This document shows positions 1-8,834 of a stretch of DNA of 64,000 bases, piece after piece; positions within the stretch are counted from its first letter, which is position 1, and each line of letters begins with the position of its first letter. Source of the stretch: an uncultured delta proteobacterium (lineage in GTDB: Bacteria; Desulfobacterota; Desulfuromonadia; Desulfuromonadales; JACZKF01); the NCBI GenBank assembly GCA_963816395.1, contig CAWFKQ010000008.1:128001-192000 (forward strand). The letters are read 5' to 3'. Position numbers and translations under genes: made by a program. The notes beneath the pieces were generated by a model. That model saw only the letters and a list, made by a program, of their open reading frames with translations. It ran no database searches and had not been told where the DNA came from.

Positions 1-449
1 ATACGCACCGTGGCGGTTAGATGCATCTCGCCGCCGCAGTTTCGGCAGGTCAGTTTTCCGAGGCTGGTGACTTCGCCGGTGTGATACTCCAGCTGCCTCT
101 CGGTCTTTTCTGCTAGCTCGCCGAGTGTCTCGGCGGCACTTTTCATAAGCCGCGCCAGCGTACTCTGCATCCCTGCTCCCAGCCGCTGCGGATCGACGGC
201 TTTCTTCAGGGCCTCCCGAGTCTTGAGCGCCTGGTTACCTAAATGGGAAATGTCCCGCCGGATAAAACCGCTGATTTTTTCTGCTTGTCCGCGGGAGAAG
301 TCGCCGGCCGACGAGAGTTCCTCTCTTGCCTTCAGCAGTGCTTCGTCAATTCCTTTCCGGCTGCTCTCCAGCAGCTCGGCGGTGCGGGCCGCCAGCTTTT
401 CGTAAAGGCCGATTTCCTGCTGTTCCTGCTTGTCATCCTGCTCGGTCAT
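1..449 (-). CDS. Zinc-ribbon-containing protein (DUF1451-like), runs off the left edge
   Basis: Manual translation from ATG at 449 with GGAG RBS: MTEQDDKQEQQEIGLYEKLAAR...EYHTGEVTSLGKLTCRNCGGEMHLTATV. YHTGE...G.L.C..CG is the family signature. Not in the ORF track because it lacks a stop in the window. Confidence 0.75.
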   Translation of the reverse strand, partial: MTEQDDKQEQQEIGLYEKLAARTAELLESSRKGIDEALLKAREELSSAGDFSRGQAEKISGFIRRDISHLGNQALKTREALKKAVDPQRLGAGMQSTLARLMKSAAETLGELAEKTERQLEYHTGEVTSLGKLTCRNCGGEMHLTATVR

Positions 450-620
450 GGCATCACTCCGCGTTTGGGGAAAGGATTTGTTGTGGTATAATTCTACCAC
501 ATTTCATTAATTACCCACCGTGGGGGAAAAAACTAAAAACAATCGGCTGGTTGGAGCGGGCCTTCCATGGCACTGCGGCTTCGGCGGCGGCAATGCGATG
601 GCGTCCCGACGGAGGTCTTC

Positions 621-1859
621 ATGTACACATCGGTGAATGCGGGAAGAAACACCATTGCCATGGTCCTGGCGGGAGGCAAGGGAGAACGGCTGAGCCCCCT
701 GACCCTGCGGCGGCCGAAGCCGAGTATCGCCTTCGGCGGCAAGTACAAGATCATCGACTTCGTCCTGAGCAATCTCTTCAACTCCGGGATCAAGCGGGTC
801 TACATCCTCACTCAGTACCGGGCCTACTCGCTGAACAAGCACATCCGCGAGTCCTGGGGCAAGTGGACCGGCCTCGGCGAGTTCTTCGTCGCCATCTCGC
901 CGGAGACCCGCAGCGAGAGTGAGGAATGGTTCAAGGGAACGGCCGATGCCATTCTTCAGTACCTGCGCTTCGTCGAGCATTCCGACGCCGATTACGTGGC
1001 GATTTTCGGCGGTGACCACATCTACCGCATGGATATCGCCCAGATGGTGGAATTTCACCGCGGCAACCGGGCGGACATGACTCTCGCCGCCTTGGAGGTG
1101 ACGCCCGAGGAGGCGACCCGCTTCGGCATTCTCGCCGTCGACGACGATTCCCGGGTCACTGCCTTCGTCGAAAAACCGGCCGACCCGCCGCGCATTCCCG
1201 ATCGGGAAACCTGTTTCGCCTCCATGGGGAATTACATTTTCTCCACCCGCAAGCTCATCGAGGTCCTGCTCGAAGGCAAGAAGCGGCACGAGGCTCTGGA
1301 TTTTGGCAAGCACGTGATTCCGATGATGCTGGAACAGGGGGACCGGGTTTTCGCCTATAATTTCAATGATAACCTGATCCCCGGGATGAAACAGGAGGAG
1401 CGCGGCTACTGGCGGGATGTGGGGACGATCGACTCCTACTACGAGGCAAACATGGATCTGATCCACGCCTCCCCGCAGCTCAACCTGTACAACTACAAGT
1501 GGCCGATCCTCACCAATCAGGGGAACCTGCCCCCGGCCAAGACCATCTTTGACCAAGACGAGCGCCGCGGCGTCAACATCGATTCCTATGTCTGTGCCGG
1601 CTGCATCACCAGCGGCGGCACCGTGCGGCGCTCGATTATCGGTCCCCGCTCGCGGATCAACAGCTATTCCCTGGTGGAGGATTCCATCCTTTTTGAAAAT
1701 GTCCAGGTCGGCCGGCACGCCAGAATTCGCCGGGCCATCATCGACAAGAATCTGGTCATCCCGGACGGCACCAGCATCGGTTACGAGCAGGACGAAGATC
1801 GACGCCGCGGCTACACCGTCACCGAAACGGGTATCGTCGTCGTTCCCAGCGTCGTCTAG
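621..1859 (+). CDS. glgC: Glucose-1-phosphate adenylyltransferase (ADP-glucose pyrophosphorylase)
   Basis: LAGGKGERLSPLT, FGGKYKIIDF, WFKGTADAI, FVEKP, YWRDVGTIDSYY motifs and C-terminal beta-helix; GGAGG before ATG 621. Confidence 0.95.
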   Translation: MYTSVNAGRNTIAMVLAGGKGERLSPLTLRRPKPSIAFGGKYKIIDFVLSNLFNSGIKRVYILTQYRAYSLNKHIRESWGKWTGLGEFFVAISPETRSESEEWFKGTADAILQYLRFVEHSDADYVAIFGGDHIYRMDIAQMVEFHRGNRADMTLAALEVTPEEATRFGILAVDDDSRVTAFVEKPADPPRIPDRETCFASMGNYIFSTRKLIEVLLEGKKRHEALDFGKHVIPMMLEQGDRVFAYNFNDNLIPGMKQEERGYWRDVGTIDSYYEANMDLIHASPQLNLYNYKWPILTNQGNLPPAKTIFDQDERRGVNIDSYVCAGCITSGGTVRRSIIGPRSRINSYSLVEDSILFENVQVGRHARIRRAIIDKNLVIPDGTSIGYEQDEDRRRGYTVTETGIVVVPSVV

Positions 1860-1965
1860 TGCCCCTTCTGCTCAGTTTGTCCTCAGTCGATTAATCTCGA
1901 CCCGAGCATTGACGGGGCAGCCGCAACCGATAAACTTTAGTTTAATCCAACAGGAGGTGAATACC

Positions 1966-2145
1966 ATGGCTGAAGACGATTGCCTGAACCCGGAAAAACA
2001 TTGCGACCTGCATGCCTGCCAGTTGGCTTATAAAGAGAGAAACCCGGAAATCGACAAGATCTACCAGGATCCGCGTTTTGTCTGCACCAACTGCGGCGCC
2101 CGTGTCCATGCCGCCGAAAACCTCTGCCGGCCGAAACCGATCTGA
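1966..2145 (+). CDS. Small Cys/His-rich hypothetical protein (59 aa)
   Basis: AGGAGGT RBS, then MAEDDCLNPEKHCDLHACQL...FVCTNCGARVHAAENLCRPKPI. Confidence 0.75.
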   Translation: MAEDDCLNPEKHCDLHACQLAYKERNPEIDKIYQDPRFVCTNCGARVHAAENLCRPKPI

Positions 2146-2243
2146 TGCCGGCTTGTCCGACTTTCGTGCCCGCCCTTTGCATTCCTCGGCGCGCAACGCT
2201 CGCGCCGGGGGCAATGGGGGGCTTTCTTCCACTCGCTTGCGCC

Positions 2244-4377
2244 TCACCCCCCCTCCAGCACCTCCGCTAGATCCTCCGCATCCGTCACCGGCGGCAGACA
2301 GGTGTTGTCGCGGCAGACCCAGGCGGCAGGCCGGCCGGCCACCGGCCCCTTGCCGGCGACCGGCGGCGCAAGCTCATCCAACCGGCTGTCGCCCGGGTGC
2401 TGCAGCAGAACCAGGACCTCCGGACGGAAGCTCCTGCTGATCGCCTGCAGCAGTTGCCGCGGCGGATTCCCGTCGGGGCTCGCCAGGACCACCTCGGTGC
2501 GCGGGCCGAGGGCGTAATCGAGGGCGATGAGGAGCTGGGGGTAGGCGGACGGGTAGCGCTCCGCCTGCGGCAGGCACAGGCGCAGGAGCCGCTCCCCACG
2601 CTCTTCCAGGATGCTGTCGCCGGTCATGCGGGCCAGCCGCAGCAGGTTCAGGGCCTGCACTGAAGTTCCGGAAGGGAGAGCGCCATCCTGCAGCGAGCGG
2701 CCGCGGGTGAGCACCGTCTCGGCATCGGCGCCGGTGTCGTAATAGCCACCCCGGCCATCCGCGAACAGTTCCTCCGTCTGCTCGGTCAAGTCCCGCGCCG
2801 CCGCTAGATGGCGGGTTGCAAAGTTTGACTGGTAGAGTTCGCACAGCCCCCAGGTGAAGAAGGCGTAATCCTCGAGGAAGGCCGGTATGGCCGCCTCGCC
2901 CTGCCGGTAGCGGCGCAGCAGGCGGCCGTCGCCGGTGCGCAGTCGGGAGAGGATGAAATCGGCCGCCCGGCCGGCCGCCAGGTGGTATTCTTCGTTCCCG
3001 AGCACGGCCGCCGCCCGCGCCAGAGCGGCGATCGCCAGTCCGTTCCAGCCGGTGAGGATCTTGTCGTCCCGGTGCGGCCGCGGGCGGTTGCTGCGGGTCG
3101 GCGAGGAGCCTTCGCCTCCCCTCGGCCAGCAGGCTCGCCAGATGCTGCGGGTCGACCTCGGTCCGCCGGGCGAGGGCCTCGAGGTCCTCGGCCAGGTGCG
3201 GGATGTTCTTTCCCTCGAAATTTCCGGCCTCGGTGATGTCGAAGCTGCGGCAGAAGACGGTTCCCAGATCCTCCCCCAGAACCGCCTTCACCTCGCCCGG
3301 AGTCCACAGGTAAAAGGTTCCCTCGCCCCCCTCCGAATCGGCGTCCTCGCCGCAGTAGAAGCCGCCGTCCGGGTCGAGCAGGTCGCGCAGCAGATACTCG
3401 ATCGTCTCCCGCGCCGCCTGCGCGAAGAAGTCACCGCCGCCCGACTGGAAGGCCTCCAGGCAGGCAAGGATCAGCAGCGCCTGATCGTAAAGCATCTTTT
3501 CGAAGTGGGGGACAAGCCACTTCTCGTCGACCGCGTAGCGGTGCAGGCCGAAGCCGAGCTGGTCGTAGATCCCGCCCAGGCGAATGGCCTGCAGGGTCTG
3601 CAGGGCCATCGTCCTTGCCGTTTCTTCGCCGCTGCGCCGCCAGTGACGCAGTAACAGGGAGAGGGTATGTGGCATCGGGAACTTGGGGGCCGTACCGAAG
3701 CCGGCGAAGCGCCGGTCGAAGCTGGCCGTCAATTGCTCGCCGGCCTGCCGCAGGGGCGCCGTCGAGAGTGGCCGCTCTTCGCCGCCGGCCGTCTCCAGGC
3801 GCTGCAACTCCCGCTGGATTTCGCTGCCGGTCTGTTGCAGGCGCGAACGGTCGGCGTGCCAGATCTCGGCAACCTTCTGCAGGATTTCCGTCAGGCCGGC
3901 CATCCCGCGGCGGTTCGTTTTCGGCAGGTAAGTGGCGGCAAAAAATGGTTTTTTATCCGGAGCGAGAATTAGTGTGAGAGGCCAGCCGCCGCTGCCGGTC
4001 AGCATCTGGCAGACCGCCATATAGGTGGCGTCGATATCCGGGCGTTCCTCCCGGTCGACTTTGACGGCAACGAAATGGCGGTTGAGAATCCGCGCGACGT
4101 CCGCATCCTCGAACGATTCGTGGGCCATCACATGGCACCAGTGGCAGGTGGAGTAGCCGATGGAGAGAAAGACGGGCTTGTCCTCGCCGGCGGCACGGGC
4201 GAAGGCCTCTTCCCCCCAGGGGTGCCAGTCGACCGGGTTCTCGGCGTGCTGCAGCAGGTAAGGGCTCCTGCTGAAAATCAGTCGATTGTACCCGTCCCCG
4301 CCGTCCGGCGGCAGAGCGGAGGTGTCGACCTGCGACAGGCGGGAGACCGGGTCATCCTGCGAAATCGGCCGCATCAT
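2244..4377 (-). CDS. Thioredoxin-domain / six-hairpin glycosidase-like protein (YyaL/SPATA20 family), frameshift near 3090
   Basis: [50 protein letters not shown] in ORF 2374..4377; C-terminus (LEDYAF, CLPPVTD) in ORF 2244..3005. Confidence 0.9.
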
Positions 4378-4493
4378 TCTCTCCTTCGCTATTTTAATAC
4401 AACTTTAACACTCGGAGGGGGTATGGCAATCAATCGATTGGCGGGAGGGTGGGGTGCTTAAGATGCGTGGGGAGAAACCCGGGTCATGCCAGG

Positions 4494-4565
4494 AAAAATT
4501 GCCCCGTGAAGGAGGGGGAATCACGGGGCCAGATCCTTGGCCGGTTTTGGGTAGCCAAGGAGAAA
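4494..4565 (-). ncRNA. Candidate sRNA copy 2: 5' hairpin plus terminator-like hairpin with UUCCCCCUCCU loop
   Basis: UCCUUGGCU/GGCCAAGGA stem, then GCCCCGUGA-UUCCCCCUCCU-UCACGGGGC followed by AAUUUUU. Confidence 0.55.
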
Positions 4566-4601
4566 TATGTTAAATAAGTCCGAATATGTTCCACGCTAGA
4601 T

Positions 4602-4673
4602 AAAAAAGGACCCCGGGCACGGAGGGGGGTGTGCTCGGGGTCCGGCTCACCCAGCCTTGCGGCCGAATGAACG
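4602..4673 (-). ncRNA. Candidate sRNA copy 1: GCAA-tetraloop hairpin plus terminator with ACCCCCCUCC loop
   Basis: GUUCAUUCGGCC-GCAA-GGCUGGGUGAGC, then GGACCCCGAGCAC-ACCCCCCUCC-GUGCCCGGGGUCC-UUUUUU; sigma70-like promoter directly upstream. Confidence 0.65.
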
Positions 4674-4679
4674 AATCAG

Positions 4680-4708
4680 ATAATAGCCGTAATGCAACCT
4701 GTTGACAA
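4680..4708 (-). promoter_or_regulatory. sigma70-type promoter for the candidate sRNA
   Basis: Minus strand TTGTCA-N17-TATTAT. Confidence 0.6.
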
Positions 4709-4767
4709 GATAAAATTTCCTAATTCAGGATATTCTCGCCCCCGGTTCCGGCGGGGGTAGCTTGCGG

Positions 4768-5853
4768 TTAACTGCGGTCGTTGGCCGCGCTGCGGCGCTC
4801 ATTCTCCTGTTTCTGCTCTGCGTTGTGATAGGTGTAGGTGTCGCCCTGATAGTTCTTCAGCACCACCTCGGCGCCGAGTGACTGCAGGTAATCGGGAAGA
4901 AGCGGAATCTTGCCGCCGCCGCCGGGGGCGTCGATGACATAGGCGGGAACGCCCATCCCGGAGGTGTGGCCGCGCAGGGCGCGGACGATCTCGATCCCCT
5001 CCTCGACGGTGGTGCGGAAGTGATCGGTCCCCTGCACCATGTCCGCCTGGTAGATGTAGTAAGGTTTCACCCGGATGGCCAGCAGTTTCTGCATCAGCCG
5101 TTTCATCACCTGCGGGTCGTCGTTGACGCCGCGCAGCAGCACCGTCTGGTTGCCCAGGGGGATGCCGACATCGGCCAGCCGGGCGCAGGCCTTGGACGCG
5201 GCTTCGGTGATTTCGTCCGGGTGGTTGAAATGGGTATTGAGATACAGCGGGTGATAACGGCGCAGCACCCGCACCAGGGCCGGGGTGATGCGCTGCGGCA
5301 GAACGACCGGTACCCGGGTGCCGATGCGGATAATCTCCACCGTCGGGATCGCCCGCAGTTCCCGGAGAATCCAGTCCAGCCGCTCATCCGCCAGCAGTAG
5401 CGGATCGCCGCCGGAGAGAATGACGTCGCGGACCTCCGGGCGGCTGCGGATGTAGTCGAGACCCTGCTCGATCGTCTGCCGGGTGATCACCATGTGCTCG
5501 CCGCCGACCTTGCGCTTGCGGGTGCAGAAGCGGCAGTACATGGCGCACTCGGAGCAGACGAGGAACAGGACACGGTCCGGATAGCGATGGACCAGGTTGG
5601 GTACCGGGCTCTGATTCTCCTCTTCCAGGGGGTCGGCGCAGCAGACGCTGTCCTGCAGTTCCTCTTCGGCCGGCACCGCCTGCCGCCAGATGGGGTCGCC
5701 GACCGATTTGATCAGGCTCAGATAGTAGGGGTTGACGCGCATCGGGTAGCGCTCGGCAACCTCTTCCAGGGAACGGGGATCGATCCCGAAACGACGGGTC
5801 AGGTCGCCGGGACGAGTGATACTCTCCTGCAGAAGTTTTTGCCAGGTCTCCAT
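4768..5853 (-). CDS. KamA-family radical SAM/PLP enzyme, lysine 2,3-aminomutase-like
   Basis: HRYPDRVL, CAMYCRFC (CxxxCxxC), LSGGDPL, NQTVLLRGVND, YYIYQAD, YVIDAPGGGGKIP; start METWQK at 5853. Confidence 0.9.
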   Translation of the reverse strand: METWQKLLQESITRPGDLTRRFGIDPRSLEEVAERYPMRVNPYYLSLIKSVGDPIWRQAVPAEEELQDSVCCADPLEEENQSPVPNLVHRYPDRVLFLVCSECAMYCRFCTRKRKVGGEHMVITRQTIEQGLDYIRSRPEVRDVILSGGDPLLLADERLDWILRELRAIPTVEIIRIGTRVPVVLPQRITPALVRVLRRYHPLYLNTHFNHPDEITEAASKACARLADVGIPLGNQTVLLRGVNDDPQVMKRLMQKLLAIRVKPYYIYQADMVQGTDHFRTTVEEGIEIVRALRGHTSGMGVPAYVIDAPGGGGKIPLLPDYLQSLGAEVVLKNYQGDTYTYHNAEQKQENERRSAANDRS

Positions 5854-5872
5854 CCTCTTCAGCGCTCCTTCT

Positions 5873-6341
5873 TCAGGCGAAGCGTTTGACATAGGTGATG
5901 CGGTCATCACCGGGACGGTAGAAATCACGAATACGGGATTCCTCCAGATAGCCGGCGCGGTCGTAAAAAAGGCGGGTGCGCGCATAGCTTCCCTGGGAGG
6001 AGGTCTCCAGGCAGACCATCCGTCCCCCGCGGGTTTGGGCATCGTCTCTCGGCGTAAAAAAGCAGTCGCTGGCCAAAGCCCTTCCCCTGCACCGCCGGGT
6101 CGGTGGCGATCCAGTAAACATCGAAATTCCCCTCGGTAAGGGGAACCGGGCCATAAAGGATATAGCCGACGACCGCCCCGCCTTCTTCGGCGACCGCGAC
6201 CTGGTAATCCTGCTGCCGGGGGTCTTTGCTGACGATTTCCAGCAGCTCCATGGCGCAGGCGACTTCAGCCTCCGTAAATGCCCCGGTAGCGCGCAGGATG
6301 CGTTCGAGGGACGGCAGGTCGGCAGCCTTAAGATTTCGCAT
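5873..6341 (-). CDS. GNAT-family N-acetyltransferase, one frameshift near 6050
   Basis: DVYWIATDPAVQGKGFG (motif A) in ORF 5925..6341; LETSSQGSYARTRLFYDRAGY...DFYRPGDD in the other frame to 5873. Confidence 0.85.
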
Positions 6342-7344
6342 GCAGAGCCTCCTTGCGTTTGATCGACATGTTCAGGATGCCTTCGATAAGCTTGGGGTAG
6401 GGTAATCCTCCCGCCCGGGCGGCCCGGGACAGGCCGGCGTCGGGGGAGATGTCCGGATTGGCGTTGATCTCCAGGATGTAGGGAATGCCGCCGCGCAGTC
6501 GGATATCGACACGGGCGTAATCCCGGCACTCGAGAATCTGGTAGGCGCGCAGGGCCGCATCGCGCAGGAGGAACTCCTCTTCGGTGCTGAGCGGCGCCGG
6601 GCAGACCGGCTCGGTTCCGGCGAATTCCGGCGAGTCCTCGCACCACTTGCCGTCATAACTGACGATGGCGCGGGCGAGTCCGGGCCGGAAGCAGATCTCC
6701 GACAGGGGGAGGGCTTCGGGGGGGGCGTTGCCGATAACGGCGGCGTTGATCTCCCGCCCTTCGATGTACTCCTCCACCAGCGCTCCCTGCCGGTATGTTT
6801 CATGCACATACTGGATGCGCTTCTTCAACTCCCCCTCGCTCTCGACGATACTGGCGGTGGCGATACCCAGCGAGGCGTCCTCGAAGCGCGGTTTGACGAA
6901 CAGCGGGTAGGTGAGATCGCAGGTCCTGGGATATTGCTCCCCCATTTCGACCAGAAGGTACCTGGGGGTGGGCAGGTGGTGGCGCACCAGCAGGTCCTTG
7001 GTGCGGACCTTGTCCTGGGTGAGGCCGAGGGCGAGGGGCGGGGTGCCGGTATAGACGTAACCGAGCAGGTCGAGCAGCGCAGCCACATGCATCTCCTTGC
7101 GGCTGTCGCCCCAGAACCCCTCACACAGGTTGAAGACGATTGCCGGCTCGGCGGCGCGCAGTTCGGTTATGAACCCGGCGAGGTCCGCAGCGAGCGGCAC
7201 CAGGACGGCCTGATGCCCCAGTTCGCGGAGCGCCCTGGCCACGGCGAGGGCTTCCGTCTCCGCCCCTTCCTCGGAGATGCGGTCGCCGGCTTCACCTTTG
7301 AGAAGCTTGGGCGGGACCTGGTTAAAGCATACGGCGACGTTCAT
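6328..7344 (-). CDS. D-Ala-D-Ala ligase-like ATP-grasp protein 2
   Basis: VFNLCEG, YTG, YPLFVKP..EDASLGI, LVEEYIEGRE, DYARVDIRL, LEINANP. Confidence 0.88.
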   Translation of the reverse strand: MNVAVCFNQVPPKLLKGEAGDRISEEGAETEALAVARALRELGHQAVLVPLAADLAGFITELRAAEPAIVFNLCEGFWGDSRKEMHVAALLDLLGYVYTGTPPLALGLTQDKVRTKDLLVRHHLPTPRYLLVEMGEQYPRTCDLTYPLFVKPRFEDASLGIATASIVESEGELKKRIQYVHETYRQGALVEEYIEGREINAAVIGNAPPEALPLSEICFRPGLARAIVSYDGKWCEDSPEFAGTEPVCPAPLSTEEEFLLRDAALRAYQILECRDYARVDIRLRGGIPYILEINANPDISPDAGLSRAARAGGLPYPKLIEGILNMSIKRKEALHAKS

Positions 7345-8398
7345 CCAGGCCCCCTTGGTGCAGATGCAGACGCGCCCTGGCCGCATCGACCACACTGAGA
7401 ATCATGTCCTGGTAGGTAAGTCCCGCTGCCCGCGCCGCCTTGGGGAAACAGCTGTTCTGCTCCGGGCGCGGCAGAATGCCGGGGAGGGGGTTGAGCTCGA
7501 TGACCTGGGGCAGGCCCCGGGCGTCGAGGCGCACGTCGATACGGCACCAGTCGCGGCAGCCCAACACCCGGAAAGTCCGCTTGCAGAGCTCCTCGATCTG
7601 CCGCTGCAACAGCGGCTCCAGGGGGGCCGGACAGGAGAAGATCGACAATGGCTTCTCCTCGGTGTCCCAGATCCATTTGGCTTCGAAAGAGTAGATCGGG
7701 TTGACGCCGTCCGGCAGGCAGTCGAGATTGATCTCGACGATCGGCAGCACCTGCAGGGACGTTCCGTTCCCCAGCAGGGCGACGGTGAATTCCCGCCCGG
7801 GGAGGAATTCCTCGATCAGCGCCGGCTGCCGGTAAGTGGCGAGAATCCATTCGAGTTGCCGGACCAGGCCGCGGCGGTCGCGCACCAGGGCGTTATCGGT
7901 TACGCCCTTGCTGGAGCCTTCCAGGATCGGCTTGACCATCAGCGGATAGCGAAGCCGGGCGGGGATCTCCGCCGGGGAGGCGACCGTCGTAAAACGGGGG
8001 GTGGGGATACGGTGATAAGCCAGGACTTCCTTGGTGCGCCGCTTGTCCAGGCAGATGCCGAGGGTTACCGGATCGCTGCCGGTATAGCGGATCCCCAGCA
8101 TGTCGAGCATGGCCGGGATCTGGGCTTCCCGGCTGCTGCCGAGGAGCCCTTCGGCCATGTTGAACACAAGGTCGGGGCGTATCTGCCGAAATTTGGCAAA
8201 AGCGTCCTCGTCGGCTTCGACCAGTGTTACCTGATGGCGAAGGGCGAGGGCCGACTCAACTGCCTGAATGGTATGAATATCGTCCCATTCGGCATAGAGA
8301 TCGTCGGTGGACTGACCGGGAGGTTCCGCGGGAGGTTCGGCGGGATCCTGCTCGCGAGCGGAATCGCGCCTGAGATTGAAGGCGAGAGCGACGTGCAT
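7322..8398 (-). CDS. D-Ala-D-Ala ligase-like ATP-grasp protein 1
   Basis: VFNMAEG, YTGSD, YPLMVKP..EGSSKG, LIEEFLPGREFT, DWCRIDVRL, IELNPLPG. Confidence 0.88.
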   Translation of the reverse strand: MHVALAFNLRRDSAREQDPAEPPAEPPGQSTDDLYAEWDDIHTIQAVESALALRHQVTLVEADEDAFAKFRQIRPDLVFNMAEGLLGSSREAQIPAMLDMLGIRYTGSDPVTLGICLDKRRTKEVLAYHRIPTPRFTTVASPAEIPARLRYPLMVKPILEGSSKGVTDNALVRDRRGLVRQLEWILATYRQPALIEEFLPGREFTVALLGNGTSLQVLPIVEINLDCLPDGVNPIYSFEAKWIWDTEEKPLSIFSCPAPLEPLLQRQIEELCKRTFRVLGCRDWCRIDVRLDARGLPQVIELNPLPGILPRPEQNSCFPKAARAAGLTYQDMILSVVDAARARLHLHQGGLDERRRML

Positions 8399-8562
8399 CG
8401 GTAACCCCTTTTATAAGCCAAAAACGCGTCGGATGCCCCCCTGGGGGGGGACGGTTTCGTTCGAAGAGTCCGGGTAGCCGGGAGGCTGGCGGCTATAAAA
8501 AGGGGTTCTTTTTATGCAACGTCGTCTTGCGCACGCCCGGACGGAACTTGACCGTCGATGCT

Positions 8563-8591
8563 CGTATACTCCCCTTTAAAATCCTTGTCAA
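8563..8591 (-). promoter_or_regulatory. sigma70-type promoter of the ATP-grasp/GNAT/KamA operon
   Basis: Minus strand TTGACA-N17-TATACG with an upstream T-rich tract; implies a leader of about 158 nt. Confidence 0.55.
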
Positions 8592-8834
8592 CGGGAAAAA
8601 ATAAAGAAGAAAATCTCCTTTAAGTTCAGCTGATTGTAACTGGAGCAGGCGGATGTTCAAGGGCTGCGGCCGAGAGAAATTTCGAATTTTGGAAATTCCC
8701 CGAACACCCCCGAAAAAGATCCCCGGCGACGGCCGCGGCCACTGACTCTGAGGTTGCAGCATCAGCCCGGTAAATTTTTTCCTGTTTACTTGTCGACGAC
8801 CCTTCTGCTAAAACTTTAATCTTTCGGAGAACCC

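Noticed and set aside
4768..5853. Calling the KamA gene epmB or lysine-fermentation kamA
   Set aside because: No efp/epmA or kamDE/kdd/kce neighbours in the window; symbol left blank.
6328..8398. Calling the two ATP-grasp genes housekeeping ddl
   Set aside because: They lack the N-terminal GGxSxE motif of Ddl, are tandem paralogs, and sit with KamA/GNAT rather than cell-wall genes.
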